NCBI RefSeq assembly: GCF_032444005.1
Contig: NC_091290.1
Coordinates: forward strand, 7,626,001 to 7,690,000
Reading direction: 5' to 3'
DNA length: 64,000 nt
DNA from: Ranitomeya imitator
Taxonomy: Eukaryota
Shown here piece by piece: positions 9,486-21,629 of the stretch. The first letter of the stretch is position 1. Every line of letters begins with the position of its first letter. The notes under the pieces are model-generated. The model worked only from the letters and a program-made list of their open reading frames with translations, was not told the origin of the DNA and searched no databases. The position numbers and the translations under genes were made by a program.

Positions 9486-10643
9486 TTGTAAACCTTATGA
9501 TGATAATGAATCTGCTGACAACTCTTCCTTAAAGGACATGAAGTATTAGTCTAAACAGCCACCGTAATCAGTGCGTAAATTGTCCGATTTATTAATTTTA
9601 TTTTTTTCAGGATTATTAAAAAAAAAAAAACAACCTATTTCAGAACCTTGATGTACAGAGCAGGTCATTTTCTGATGCCGCGTTCCCTGTGAGGTTTTTG
9701 TCTGATGACCTATTGCTGTGGGGTCCGAGCCGTCTGGAAGCCTCATGATCAGCCAATGACTATAATGGAAGCAGCGGGTTCAGAGCGGCAGGGATCCGGT
9801 GTGATCTGCCTCTATGGCGGGCGGTAGGACTTCACATCCATATCCTATATACCTCCTGCACTTCACTACATGGCACAGGTTGTAATAATGATCATTGGAG
9901 GCCACACTTAGGGGCTGTGCACAGGCTGGAGGCAGATTTTATGCTCCGTATGAGGCCATACTCACATATAGAAATATATGCAGCTTTATTCTGCACCACA
10001 AAACACAATGGTAAACTGCTCAGAATATTGTTAATTAATGCATAAAGGCCGGGGTTCTGCACTTAAAAGCACAACTGTGTTGTTGTTTTTCACATTCCAT
10101 TATCCGGTTCCCCATTAAAGCCTACAATGAAAAAAATATGGCGTGGGCTCCCCTGTATTTTTGATAACCAGCCAGGCAAAACTCACAGCTGTCTGCTTTA
10201 GCATGGCTGGTTATCAAAAAGAGAGGTGTCCCCACGCTGTTTTTTCTTTAATTTAAAGAAGTAATTAAAAACAGCGTGGAGACGCCTCCATTTTTAACAA
10301 CCAGCCTTGCTAAAGCAGACAGCTGGGGGGGCTGGTATACTCAGGCTGGTAAGGGGCCATGGAAACTGCCCCCCCAGCCTAAAAATAGTAGCCCACAGGC
10401 GCCCCAGAAAAGGCACGTCTATTAGATGCGCCAATTCTTACGCTTTGCCCGGTTGTTGTCCCATCAGCTAAACAATCGGACCCGGTGGCTCCGGTGTAAT
10501 ATCCTCCAGTTTTTTTTTTATTGGTTAATGTCCGTAGCCCCTAACGCTATCTCTATAGAGTGCACCGGCAGATGTAGACCCCCAGCAGGAGTAGAGGATG
10601 TGTGGAAGCCCGGAGGATATAAACCATTGCCAAAAACCCCACC

Positions 10644-10762
10644 GGAGCGGCTCGTGACCGGAGCGGCTCGTGACCGGAGCGGCTCGTGACCGGAGCGGCT
10701 CGTGACCGGAGCGGCTCGTGACCGGAGCGGCTCGTGACCGGAGCGGCTCGTGACCGGAGCGG
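10644..10762. repeat. 16-bp tandem repeat GGAGCGGCTCGTGACC (about 7 copies) within a dispersed-repeat-like segment
   Basis: Direct reading. It explains the 16-aa periodic ORFs at 10518-10818. Confidence 0.9.
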
Positions 10763-11496
10763 GGTGAAGGCTGCCCCTGTGAGCTGCCAATACAAAACTC
10801 TAACCGGAAGAATTTCAATTAAAAAGTGATTTTAAATAAAGAAATGTCATTCACTACGCTGCACGTATCGAGAGAATCGCACGTTCACACCCAGGCGAAA
10901 AATTCCGGGTATTAAAGGGATTGTCCACGGCGAAACATCTCTCTAAATGTGCTTGTAGTAAGGCATACTCGCCCAACCGCTGCTCGTCCAATGCTGCCCC
11001 GTCCCCCAATGGTTCAATGTAGACAGATGTGACCGCTGCAGCCCATCAGAGACCACCCTTTCAAAATGCATCCACCCTCTGCCTATAGAGGAGTGTGACG
11101 GTAAGTCGTGGCCTGAAGCCGTTCAGATGACAAGGAGGCTCGAGTCCGCCGGAGCTCTTTGTTCTGGCCCATACACGGGGGGGGGTCCTGAGTGGGCTTT
11201 TCTGGATTTACGCTGACGGTTGTCGGCCGCTCTCCCTCTGATAAACTTTTCCTATTTTTATAACTTTTGGCAAATGTGGTTCAAAAAACTTTAGTGGAAT
11301 TGCACATAGTTGGGGGGACAGAAAACTGCGACTGGTAAATGAGGGGCGCAATATCGAAGACCCCATAACACCTCACACTCAAGGTTTTATCTCTTACCAA
11401 AGGGTCTCTTATGACTGGCAAGTTGGATCTTGACAAAATAAAAAGTATCATTTTTATCAAAGGATAAGCACCAATATCAGGGATACGTAGAGAATG

Positions 11497-12740
11497 GAGA
11501 AGAGACATAAGGATTACAGAGCTCACTGACTGATCACTGGTAACTCATTCTGCTATGTACAGTGATACATAAAGGATGGAGAAGACACATAAGGATTACA
11601 GAACTCACTGACTGATCACTGGTAACTCATTCTGCTATGTACAGTACTGCATAAAGGATGGAGAAGAGAAATAAGTACTACAGAGCTCACTGACTGATCA
11701 CTGGTAACTCATTCTGCTATGTACAGTACTGCATAAAGGATGGAGAAGAGAAATAAGTACTACAGAGCTCACTGACTGATCACTGGTAACTCATTCTGCT
11801 ATGTACAGTACTGCATAAAGGATGGAGAAGAGAAATAAGTACTACAGAGCTCACTGACTGATCACTGGTAACTCATTCTGCTATGTACAGTACTGCATAA
11901 AGGATGGAGAAGAGAAATAAGTACTACAGAGCTCACTGACTGATCACTGGTAACTCATTCTGCTATGTACAGTACTGCATAAAGGATGGAGAAGAGAAAT
12001 AGGTACTACAGAGCTCACTGACTGATCACTGGTAACTCATTCTGCTATGTACAGTACTGCATAAAGGATGGAGAAGAGACATAAGGATTACAGAGCTCAC
12101 TGACTGATCACTGGTAACTCATTCTGCTATGTACAGTGATACATAAAGGATGGAGAAGAGACATAAGGATTACAGAGCTCACTGACTGATCACTGGTAAC
12201 TCATTCTGCTATGTACAGTACTGCATAAAGGATGGAGAAGAGAAATAGGTACTACAGAGCTCACTGACTGATCACTGGTAACTCATTCTGCTATGTACAG
12301 TACTGCATAAAGGATGGAGAAGAGAAATAAGTACTACAGAGCTCACTGACTGATCACTGGTAACTCATTCTATGTACAGTGATACACAAAGGATGGAGAA
12401 GAGAAATAAGTACTACACAGCTCACTGACTGATCACTGGTAACTCATTCTGCTATGTACAGTGATGCATAAAGGATGGAGAAGAGAAATAAATACTACAG
12501 AGCTCACTGACTGATCACTGGTAACTCATTCTGCCTTGTACAGTGATGCATAAAGGATGGAGAAGAGAAATAAGTACTACAGAGCTCACTGACTGATCAC
12601 TGGTAACTCATTCTGCTATGTACAGTGAAACATAGAGAATGGAGAAGAGACATAAGGATTATAGAGCTCACTGATCACTGGTTACTCCTTCTGCTATGTA
12701 CAGTGATGCATAGAAGATGGAGAAGACAAATAAGGATTAC
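11497..12740. repeat. Minisatellite, 82-bp unit (about 15 copies), between the KBTBD4 and PTPMT1 3' ends
   Basis: CAGAGCTCACTGACTGATCACTGGTAACTCATTCTGCTATGTACAG recurs with period 82 (11681, 11763 and so on). Confidence 0.95.
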
Positions 12741-13175
12741 AGGCTAGAGATTGCACTCACTGATGGATGCAGTCTTTGATTAACCATTATACATAGAGGA
12801 TGCAGAAGGCAAAATGTTACAAGTTTTGTAATGAAACTCTGTAACAATAATCCTCCACACGTGTATATCTGTGAAATTACAGTGAAGAGCCAGGAGCAGA
12901 CCACCCATCACTAATAAGGGGGGGCTCCAGTCTGTCCTCTGCCCCTTATGTCACTGCAGTCATCGGGTAAGTGTAGGATCACGTATTCAGATATATGCAG
13001 ACAATGCATTCTACCGGGATGGATGTGGAACAGGTCGCATATAATATCCAGTATAAGGAGGAAACTGGTGCCAGTATAGGTGAGAAATGACAGCATAACG
13101 GCGCGTCTACAGATCTGCACCACGTATATAATACACTCATATACACACACAGGCACACGTGGACCCAGAAACACA

Positions 13176-13181
13176 TTTATT
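13176..13181 (-). terminator. Candidate PTPMT1 polyadenylation signal AATAAA
   Basis: TTTATT on the + strand, about 35 nt past the PTPMT1 stop. Usage is not demonstrable from sequence. Confidence 0.4.
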
Positions 13182-13215
13182 TCGAAAATCAACTCTAGAA
13201 AATTTCATCTTCATG

Positions 13216-13359
13216 TCACCCTCCGTGTCCCGGCAAGTCCGACTTAGTCACTAAGAGATAAAACCTCTCCAGCATTTGGTGCTGCCGACTGCGGATCAGG
13301 ATATGTGGACGGATTTCCGCTATGAAGTCGCCGGCAACATCCGGCTTCCACTTGTATCT
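13216..13359 (-). CDS. PTPMT1: PTPMT1 exon 4 (last)
   Basis: TTGCAG| acceptor. RYKWKPDVAGDFIAEIRPHILIRSRQHQMLERFYLLVTKSDLPGHGG* is homologous to human (V)HKWSPEEAVRAIAKIRSYIHIR. Phase 0. Confidence 0.88.
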   Translation of the reverse strand, partial: RYKWKPDVAGDFIAEIRPHILIRSRQHQMLERFYLLVTKSDLPGHGG

Positions 13360-13586
13360 CTGCAAGAAAGAATCAAAAATGGTGGCAGTGCTCCAGAATC
13401 GTAACATACAGAATCCAGTGTGCAATCTGAGAAAACAGTAGCCGATAGCGCTCAATGCCAGGCGGCTGCACGGAAAGCTTGCCAGATTTATCGTCTAGCA
13501 CACGGTGTTTTCCTGATACGTAATTTGCAGGGTTACTATGATGGGTACTGTAATCAGGACTCATGTCCTACTGCCAAAACCATCTA

Positions 13587-14260
13587 CAGTGGCTTGTGAA
13601 AGTATTCACACCCTTGTCATTTTTTTGTGTTATGCTAACGCACAACCTGGAATTTCACTGTTTTTTTGAGGGTTTGCATCGGTTCATGTGAAGAACGTGC
13701 CGACATCTGTGAACATTTGGTTTTCTTTTTATTGTGCAGCAAACAACAAATAGGACAAAATAACTGAAACCTTCAGTGTGCAGAACTATTCACCCCCCTA
13801 AAGTCAGTACTGTGTAGACCACAGATTCTCCAGTGGATGAAGGTCGGGGCTGTGACTCGGCCGCTCCAGGACATTTCCACGTTTCCCCTTACACGGCTCC
13901 AGTGTTGCTTTAGCCGTATGCTTTGGGTCATTGTCTTGTTGGACAGTGAACCTCCGTCCAAGTCTCAAATCACTGACAGAGTGAGACAGGTTTTGCTCCA
14001 GAATATCCCTGTATTTCTCATCATCCATCTTCCCCTCTACTTGGACCATTTTCCCTGTCCCTGCTGCCTAAAAACCTCCCCACAGCATGATGCTGCCACC
14101 ATGTTTCACTGTGGGGATGGTGTTCTTGGGGTGATGAGCTATGTTGGTTTGGCGCCAGACATAGCATTTACCTTGGTGGACAAAAAGTTCCATTTTGGTC
14201 TCCTCTGACCACAGCTCCTTCCTCCATACACCTGCGGAGTGTCCCACATGTCTTTTGGCA
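13587..14260 (-). mobile_element. Truncated Tc1 element (TIR plus C-terminal transposase fragment) in PTPMT1 intron 3
   Basis: TA|CAGTGGCTTGTGAAAGTATTCACAC terminus at 13587. The - strand reads [24 protein letters not shown] and QQDNDPKHTAK..SPDLHPLENLW, with a stop and a deletion. Confidence 0.88.
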
Positions 14261-14274
14261 ATTTTTGTGTTTTA

Positions 14275-14579
14275 GGGTATGTTTCCACGTTCAGGAAACG
14301 CTGCGTTTTTTACGCTGCGTTGAGCCGCAACGTCCAGATGTTACAGCATAGTGGAGGGGATTTAATGAAATCCCGTCTCCACTATGCAGGAAAAAACGCA
14401 TGCGGCATAGCCGCGAAAACGCACATGCGGCGCGTCTTTTCAGAATGCAGCATGTCGTTACAATGAGAAGAACACCGCAGGTGACCTGCCAGTGACCTCA
14501 GGTGCAGATGTGATCAGGATTTTACCTGCATAAAACCCTGACCAAATCCTGAAGCAATCCTGAGCGTGGACACATACCT
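14275..14579. mobile_element. PIF/Harbinger-type MITE with TTA target-site duplication
   Basis: TTA|GGGTATGTTTCCACGTTCAGGA ... TCCTGAGCGTGGACACATACCT|TTA: near-perfect TIRs and a 3-bp TSD. Confidence 0.8.
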
Positions 14580-14844
14580 TTAGTGGAGGCCACCTCCATA
14601 GACTTTTCGGATTATTGTGGTCGTATATTTTGCTCACTTCACCAACTTAGACTATTCAGTGCTGATGCATCACACACAAATCAGGTGACAAAAATATATA
14701 CACGGGTTTTAATGCAACAAGATTGGTAAAACGCCGGGGGATGAATACTTTTGCAAGCCGTTGTGTATAGATGTCAGCATTAATGTAACGAGGACCATTA
14801 TGGGGCCCTAATGGGATAAATCGGGGATTAGTGGCAGGTTTTAC

Positions 14845-15036
14845 CTCTATCAGGTAAGCGGCCACCATTGTGGCGCTGCGGGAGCGGCCGGCCTTACAGT
14901 GGATGTAGACGCTGTTGCCCTTTGTCCTGTGCTTGTGAACAAACTCTACCCCCTTCTGTAGGTGCTCGAGGGTGGGAACCCCGGTGAAGTCAATGGTGCT
15001 GAGCCTCAGCTGTTCCACCCCCAAAGCTTCCCACTC
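14845..15036 (-). CDS. PTPMT1: PTPMT1 exon 3 (catalytic HCKAGRSRS motif)
   Basis: 192 nt, TTCCAG| acceptor and GAG|GTAAAA donor. EWEALGVEQLRLSTIDFTGVPTL..VYIHCKAGRSRSATMVAAYLIE. Confidence 0.96.
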
Positions 15037-15469
15037 CTGGAAAGAAAGAAGAGAGATCGTGAAACGCATGGAGGGGTACAAGTGGATAGCAGACTAATAC
15101 ATGGGGGGCAAAGGAAAGGGTGAAAACAAGATATCCATAGGATAGGGGATGAGTGATTGATCGATGGGGGTCCGACCACTGGGACCCGCACCATCTGGCA
15201 CAGCAGGGCTCTTTTGTCCCAGTAGGATGCAGTGTTGGTGCACATGCTCGAGCGCCGCTGCATTCACGCTCTATGCGCCGCCCCCTGCTTTTTCCAGCAG
15301 CTCCAGAGAGGATGAATGGAGCGGTGTTCGGGGGTCCGACCTGCTGTGCCATTTTCTAAAAGGGAGTACTGATCCTGAGACTGAAGGGGATGCAAGGCTG
15401 GTGGAGCGCTGTGAACCCTTCTAATTTGTTTCCTGCTCAGCTGCGCCGCAGCCCATCCAGCTAGGCAGG

Positions 15470-16590
15470 AAAGTGCAGCCGGCCGACTGTGCAGGGGATA
15501 CAGTGCGCCCTGACTGTGCAGAGCTCCTGTGTATCCAGCTATGCAGGAAAGTGCAGCTGGCCGACTGTGCAGGGGATACAGTGCGCCCTGACTGTGCAGA
15601 GGATGCAGAGCAGTGCTCCGGTGTATCCAGCTATGCAGGAAAGTGCAGCCGGCCGACTGTGCAGGGGATACAGTGCGCCCTGTCTGTGCAGAGGATGCAG
15701 AGCAGTGCTCCTGTGTATCCAGCTATGCAGGAAAGTGCAGCCGGCCGACTGTGCAGGAGATACAGTGCGCCCTGTCTGTGCAGAGCTCCTGTGTATCCAG
15801 CTATGCAGGAAAGTGCAGCCGGCCGACTGTGCAGGAGATACAGTGCGCCCTGACTGTGCAGAGGATGCAGAGCAGAGCTCCTGTGTATCCAGCTATGCAG
15901 GAAAGTGCAGCCGGCCGACTGTGCAGGAGATACAGTGCGCCCTGTCTGTGCAGAGCTCCTGTGTATCCAGCTATGCAGGAAAGTGCAGCCGGCCGACTGT
16001 GCAGGAGATACAGTGCGCCCTGTCTGTGCAGAGGATGCAGAGCAGTGCTCCTGTGTATCCAGCTATGCAGGAAAGTGCAGCCGGCCGACTGTGCAGGGGA
16101 TACAGTGTGCCCTGTCTGTGCAGAGCTCCTGTGTATCCAGCGATGCAGGAAAGTGCAGCCGGCCAACTATGCAGAGCAGTGCTCTTGTGTATCCAGCTAT
16201 GCAGGAAAGTGCAGCCGGCCGACTGTGCAGGGGATACAGTGCGCCCTGACTGTGCAGATCTGTGTATCCAGCTATGCAAGAAAGTGCAGCCGGTCGACTA
16301 TGCAGAGCAGTGCTCCTGTGTATCCAGCTATGCAGGAGACTGCAGCCGACCAGACTGTGCAGGGGATACAGTGCAGACAGTGCACCCTGACTGTGCAGAG
16401 GATGCAGAGCAGTGCTCCTGTGTATCCTGCTATGCAGGAAAGTGCAGCCGACAAGACTGTGCAGGGGATACAGTGCGCCCTGACTGTGCAGAGGATGCAG
16501 AGCAGTGCTCCTGTGTATCCAGCTATGCAGGAGACTGCAGCCGACCAGACTGTGCAGGGGATACAGTGCAGACGATGCAGAGCAACATCC
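15470..16590. repeat. Modular minisatellite (about 73/90-bp variants) in PTPMT1 intron 2
   Basis: Recurrent CCTGTGTATCCAGCTATGCAGGAAAGTGCAGCCGGCCGACTGTGCAGG with an optional GAGGATGCAGAGCAGTG module. Confidence 0.92.
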
Positions 16591-16684
16591 CCTCCATTCT
16601 GCGGATTAGTGGGGGCCCCAGAGCTCGGTCATATCTTAGTTATATTGGGGAAGACTTCTTAGACATTGCAGACGGCAGACGCAC

Positions 16685-16765
16685 CTGAGACGAGGGGCTG
16701 AGGAGTCTGGTTTCATATTCTTCATTCATAGTGATGACTCCACGTACGTTCTCTTCTTTAATTAA
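16685..16765 (-). CDS. PTPMT1: PTPMT1 exon 2 (not in the ORF track)
   Basis: 81 nt, TTGCAG| and CAG|GTGCGT. LIKEENVRGVITMNEEYETRLLSPSSQ matches human LVQDENVRGVITMNEEYETRFLCNSSQ. Confidence 0.95.
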
Positions 16766-18093
16766 CTGCAAAAAACGTCATAACCATTAGTAAATACAAG
16801 GAACCGAAGCTGAGAATCGCCCCCCGCCGAGCAGATGCAACAACGCTGATTGGTGGTGCCCGCCAGCATTTAAGGCTGTGTGCACATGGAGGTTTTGGAG
16901 TCACAGATCTAATGAGCGGCTCCTGATGGAGAACGCTCGAAACGCAGCACTGTCCAATCAGACGGCTGCAAAGATCAGGTCGGGGGAAGGAAAACTCCGT
17001 AAATCAGGAGCCTTTCCTGACGCTGCGTCCTTGACAAAACGTGATATGTGACCACCTATGATTTTTTTTTGTCCCGTCTGTTGTCGTTATATTGTGAAAA
17101 ATTGACGCCCGCGGCTTCATGAGTTCAATGCAACATCAAAAAAATTAACTTTTATTTTTTTACTTAGACCGTTTTTGTGCCTTTTTTTTTTAAAATGCAA
17201 AAAGTATCAAGATCACAAAATATTGCATGCGAACAATATTTGTATAAAAATTTCTGATGTTAAAAAGAAAAAAATCACTCCGGAAACTGGAGCATTTTTT
17301 GAAACTAATTAATCATCTGCAAAGATCTGATTATAAAAACAACAAAACAGCAAAAAAAACAAGTGCAAAATCGTCTTCAAAATAGGTGCAATGTAAAAGG
17401 ATTTGAAGCAAAGGAAAAGAACCTTAAACAGGAGCCGCCGCCAGGTGACAAGGGCGCGGTTTTTGCTCATGTTAATCCCAACGCTCCTGAATATTCTGGA
17501 TTTTGTTATCTTTAAAATCCGCCATACAGTGCGAGAGATCTGGGCTTTTTGTGTGGTGCCAATTTGCCAATTAATTTGTTTTTTTGTTTTATTTTTTTTT
17601 TACCAAAGAGGTGTGGCTATCAGGATCCTCGGGGGCGTGTCTTAAGCCTGTGCTGACCCTTTTTGAAAGCCCATAACAATCAGTAGCCAATGAAAATGCC
17701 GGCATCTCTGGAGCCAGCGTAAAGGAAAAACCAAAAACCAGAAAAGCAGATAGAAGCAAGAGTAAAATAAAAGCTAACCAGGCGAGTGCTGACCGGGTGA
17801 GAGGACCTCTTTATAACTGGAACAACGGGACCAGGGGTCTCAAACACTCGGCCCAGGGGCCACATGCGTCCCGCCGCAGGCACCAGTGATGATTGCGGTC
17901 CGTTCCTGGCGGACTTGGATGCACAATCAATTGAAATGGACAGAGCTGCAGACACCAGATCTGGGCCACAATACCAATACTAGCCGCTGGCCAATCAGAG
18001 CCGGTCGCTGCGGGCATTCACTGCCATCACTGTCCGGGTTGCGGCGGAGAAGAAAACGTGGTTCGCCGAGGGAGCGAGGTCAGGTGAGAAGGA

Positions 18094-20250
18094 TTACAAG
18101 ATTGGGAGCAGGATGGGGCATTATTATAAGAGGATCAGGATGGGGCATTACTATTAGATGGGGTCCGGGATGGGGCATTATTATAAGATGGGGTCCAGGA
18201 TGGGGCACTACTATAAGATGGGGAGCAGGATGGGGCACTACTATAAGATGGGGAGCAGGATGGGGCATTACTATAAGATGGGGAGCAGGATGGGGCATTA
18301 CTATAAGATGAGGTCCAGGATGGGGCATTACTATTAGATGGGGTCCAGGATGGGGCATTACTATTAGATGGGGTCCAGGATGGGGCATTACTATAAGATG
18401 GGGAGCAGGATGGGGCATTATTATAAGATGGGGTCCAGGATGGGGCATTACTATAAGATGGGGAGCAGGATGGGGCATTACTATAAGATGGGGAGCAGGA
18501 TGGGGCATTACTATAAGATGGGGAGCAGGATGGGGCATTACTATAAGATGGGGAGCAGGATGGGGCATTACTATAAGATGGGGTCCAGGATGGGGCATTA
18601 CTATAAGATGGGGAGCAGGATGGGGCATTACTATAAGATGGGGAGCAGGATGGGGCATTACTATAAGATGAGGTCCAGGATGGGGCATTACAATTAGATG
18701 GGGTCCAGGATGGGGCATTACTATAAGATGGGGAGCAGGATGGGGCATTATTATAAGATGGGGAGCAGGATGGGGCATTACTATAAGATGGGGTCCAGGA
18801 TGGGGCATTACTACAAGATGGGGACCGGGATGGGGCATTACAAGATGGGGTCCGGGATGGGTCATTACTATAAGATGGGGAGCAGGATGGGGCATTACTA
18901 CAAGATGGGGAGCGGGATGGGGCATTACTATAAGATGGGGAGCGGGATGGGGCATTACTACAAGATGGGGAGCAGGATGGGGCATTACTATAAGATGGGG
19001 TCCAGGATGGGGCATTACTACAAGATGGGGTCCAGGATGGGGCATTACTACAAGATGGGGTCCAGGATGGGGCATTACTACAAGATGGGGTCCAGGATGG
19101 GGCATTACTACAAGATCGGGAGCAGGATGAGGCATTACTATAAGAAGAGGACCGGGATGGGGCATTACTATAAGATGAGGACCGGGATGGGGCATGACTA
19201 CAAGATGAGGACCGGGATGGGGCATGACTACAAGATGGGGACAGGGATGGGGCATTACTACAAGATGGGGACCAGGATGGGGCATTACTATAAGAAGAGG
19301 ACCGGGATGGGGCATTACAAGATGGGGTCCGGGATGGGGCATTACTATAAGATGGGGAGCAGGATGGGGCATTACTACAAGAAGAGGACCAGGATGGGGC
19401 ATTACTATAAGATGGGGAGCAGGATGGGGCATTACAAGATGAGGTCCGGGATGGGGCATTACTACAAGATGGGGTCCGGGATGGGGCATTACTATAAGAT
19501 GGGGAGCAGGATGGGGCATTACTACAAGATGAGGTCCGGGATGGGGCATTACTACAAGATGAGGTCCGGGATTGGGCATTACTATAAGATGGGGAGCAGG
19601 ATGGGGCATTACTACAAGAAGAGGACCAGAATGGGGCATTACTATAAGATGAGGAGCGGGATGGGGCATTACTATAAGTTGGGGAGCAGGATGGGGCATT
19701 ACTACAAGATGAGGTCCGGGATGGGGCATTACTACAAGATGAGGTCCGGGATGGGGCATTACTATAAGATGGGGAGCAGGATGGGGCATTACTACAAGAA
19801 GAGGACCAGGATGGGGCATTACTATAAGATGAGGTCCAGGATGGGGCATTACTATAATATGGGGAGCAGGATGGGGCATTACTACAAGATGAGGTCCAGG
19901 ATGGGGCATTACTACAAGATGAGGTCCAGGATGGGGCATTACTACAAGATGAGGTCCGGGATGGGGCATTACTATAAGATGGGGTCCAGGATGGGGCATT
20001 ACTATAAGATGGGGAGCCGGATGGGGCATTACTATAATATGGGGAGCAGGATGGGGCATTACTACAAGATGAGGTCCAGGATGGGGCATTACTACAAGAT
20101 GAGGTCCGGGATGGGGCATTACTACAAGATGAGGTCCGGGATGGGGCATTACTATAAGATGGGGAGCAGAATGGGGCATTACTACAAGACGGGGTCCGGG
20201 ATGGGGCATTACTACAAGATTGGGAAACTACAAGATGGGTACATTACTAT
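18094..20250. repeat. Minisatellite, 30-bp unit GATGGGGCATTACTATAAGATGGGGAGCAG (about 70 copies), PTPMT1 intron 1
   Basis: Direct periodicity, seen as the 10-aa MGHYYKMGSR pseudo-ORF. A hAT-like terminus CAGGGGTCTCAAAC lies at 17832 upstream. Confidence 0.96.
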
Positions 20251-21038
20251 GATGTTAATTGTGTGACAAAATTACTGTATGTGGCCAATTAGGGGACACA
20301 AAAAGGAAATTAAAATAAAATTGCAAAAATTTAAAAGAAAAAAAATCAAAATAAAGTATGAAAATTATCTTTGGACACTAAAACTGTTTTATGTATAAAC
20401 TAAAGAAGACAAAAAAAGTGCATGTTACCGCCGACCCTGTAATGACCCCTATATATCTACCATAACCCAGACATTTAAATAAAATAAAAGCCAAAAATGT
20501 TCACAAAAATTATCAGAAGGTGCATAGAAAATCCAATATGGTATCATTAAAAGTGTCACCTCAGACCCCAAATTCACATTTTGTCTATGTGCTGCGCGTT
20601 TACCCTCCGAGGGCGAGACCCCTGGCCCAGGTGGGCGCACATGCAGTAAATATCGGGGTCTGGGTATTTTTTCCTCAAACTGAACGACAATTTTGGTGCC
20701 TGTGATGGCGACGTTCTGTCCTTACAAGAAATGTCGCCGGTTGACGCGACAAGAAAACCCTGAAAAGCCGTTATCAGTTGGATTATTTTGGTCGCAGCAA
20801 TGGCGGTACCGTGCGGGTTACATCACGACAATGCAAAGAAAGAAACTAACAGAAAATGCCTCCACATCCCGCTGGTGACAGTGGCAGGCGGCCCAGGAGC
20901 CTCCTCCTCTCTGGTGGCCATTAGTGGCCAATATTCCCATACAGCGCATGTGCCGAGACACGATCGGCTCCTGGAGCCGTGAATGGCGGACCTACAGTCC
21001 ATCACATCCCCTCACTGCGCAGCCGCCACTACTTACAC

Positions 21039-21430
21039 TGCGCATGCGCGCTTACCTTATCGCTCATTCCCCGGAAGGGCAACGCTCCAAGAATAACCGT
21101 CTCGTCGATCCTGTCATACCATTTCCGGCGGGATATCTTCTCCATGACAACGTTATACAGCAGGGTCGGGTAGAATAAAACTCGCGTGGCCACTGACTGT
21201 AAACTCATGATCCTGGCAGAGCGTATTAATTGCGACCCGCGGAAACTGTATCCACCATCTTTGTCGCTGGCACTTCCGCTTCAAGGTGAGAGTGGACGGA
21301 AGTGGAGTGCCGCCATCTTATGTAAGGGCAGTGGTAAAAATCGGCCATGTTGGATGCGGGAATAGTGCAGCATTAGTAATGGCCGGGATTTGGGAGATAA
21401 CAGAAGACTGGCGGGAAATCATTGGCGGGT
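21039..21430. promoter_or_regulatory. PTPMT1 CpG-rich promoter region: NRF1, ETS/GABP, YY1, E2F-like and CCAAT motifs
   Basis: TGCGCATGCGC 21039-21049, CACTTCCG 21271-78, CGGAAGTG 21297-304, GCCGCCATCTT 21309-19, GGCGGGAAA 21410-18, ATTGG 21421-25. Confidence 0.7.
21056..21208 (-). CDS. PTPMT1: PTPMT1 exon 1 (start codon; frame not in the ORF track)
   Basis: ATG at 21208, [54 protein letters not shown]|GTAAGC donor. The four exons total 570 nt (189 aa plus stop). Confidence 0.95.
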
Positions 21431-21629
21431 TCTAATGAGACAATTGACGTTTTGGTGATTAGAACTCCACTTTCTTGGCAGATTCTGACTAAAAGCTGTG
21501 AATTCTACCGTTTACTGACGTCAGTCACGGATATTAACCAGAGTGTGGTAGCTGCGCTTTACTAGCAGATTTTGCTGCTTCTTCACTGCTGATTTTATCC
21601 CTGTGGTAAAGTCCATGGTGACAATCCGC

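Noticed and set aside
14656-15081. Treating this ORF, or 7094-8053 from its first ATG, as a single-exon gene
   Set aside because: Homology is confined to the splice-bounded parts (14845-15036 and 7193-8053); the extensions are intronic.
16920-16950. CTGATGGAGAACGCTCGAAACGC hammerhead-like string
   Set aside because: The core is CUGAUGG rather than CUGANGA, there is no convincing stem I or cleavage triplet, and it lies in a MITE-like segment.
17832-20624. hAT element bounded by CAGGGGTCTC ... GAGACCCCTG hosting the 30-bp array
   Set aside because: The match is only 10 bp and the 8-bp flanks (AACGGGAC versus GCCCAGGT) do not form a TSD.
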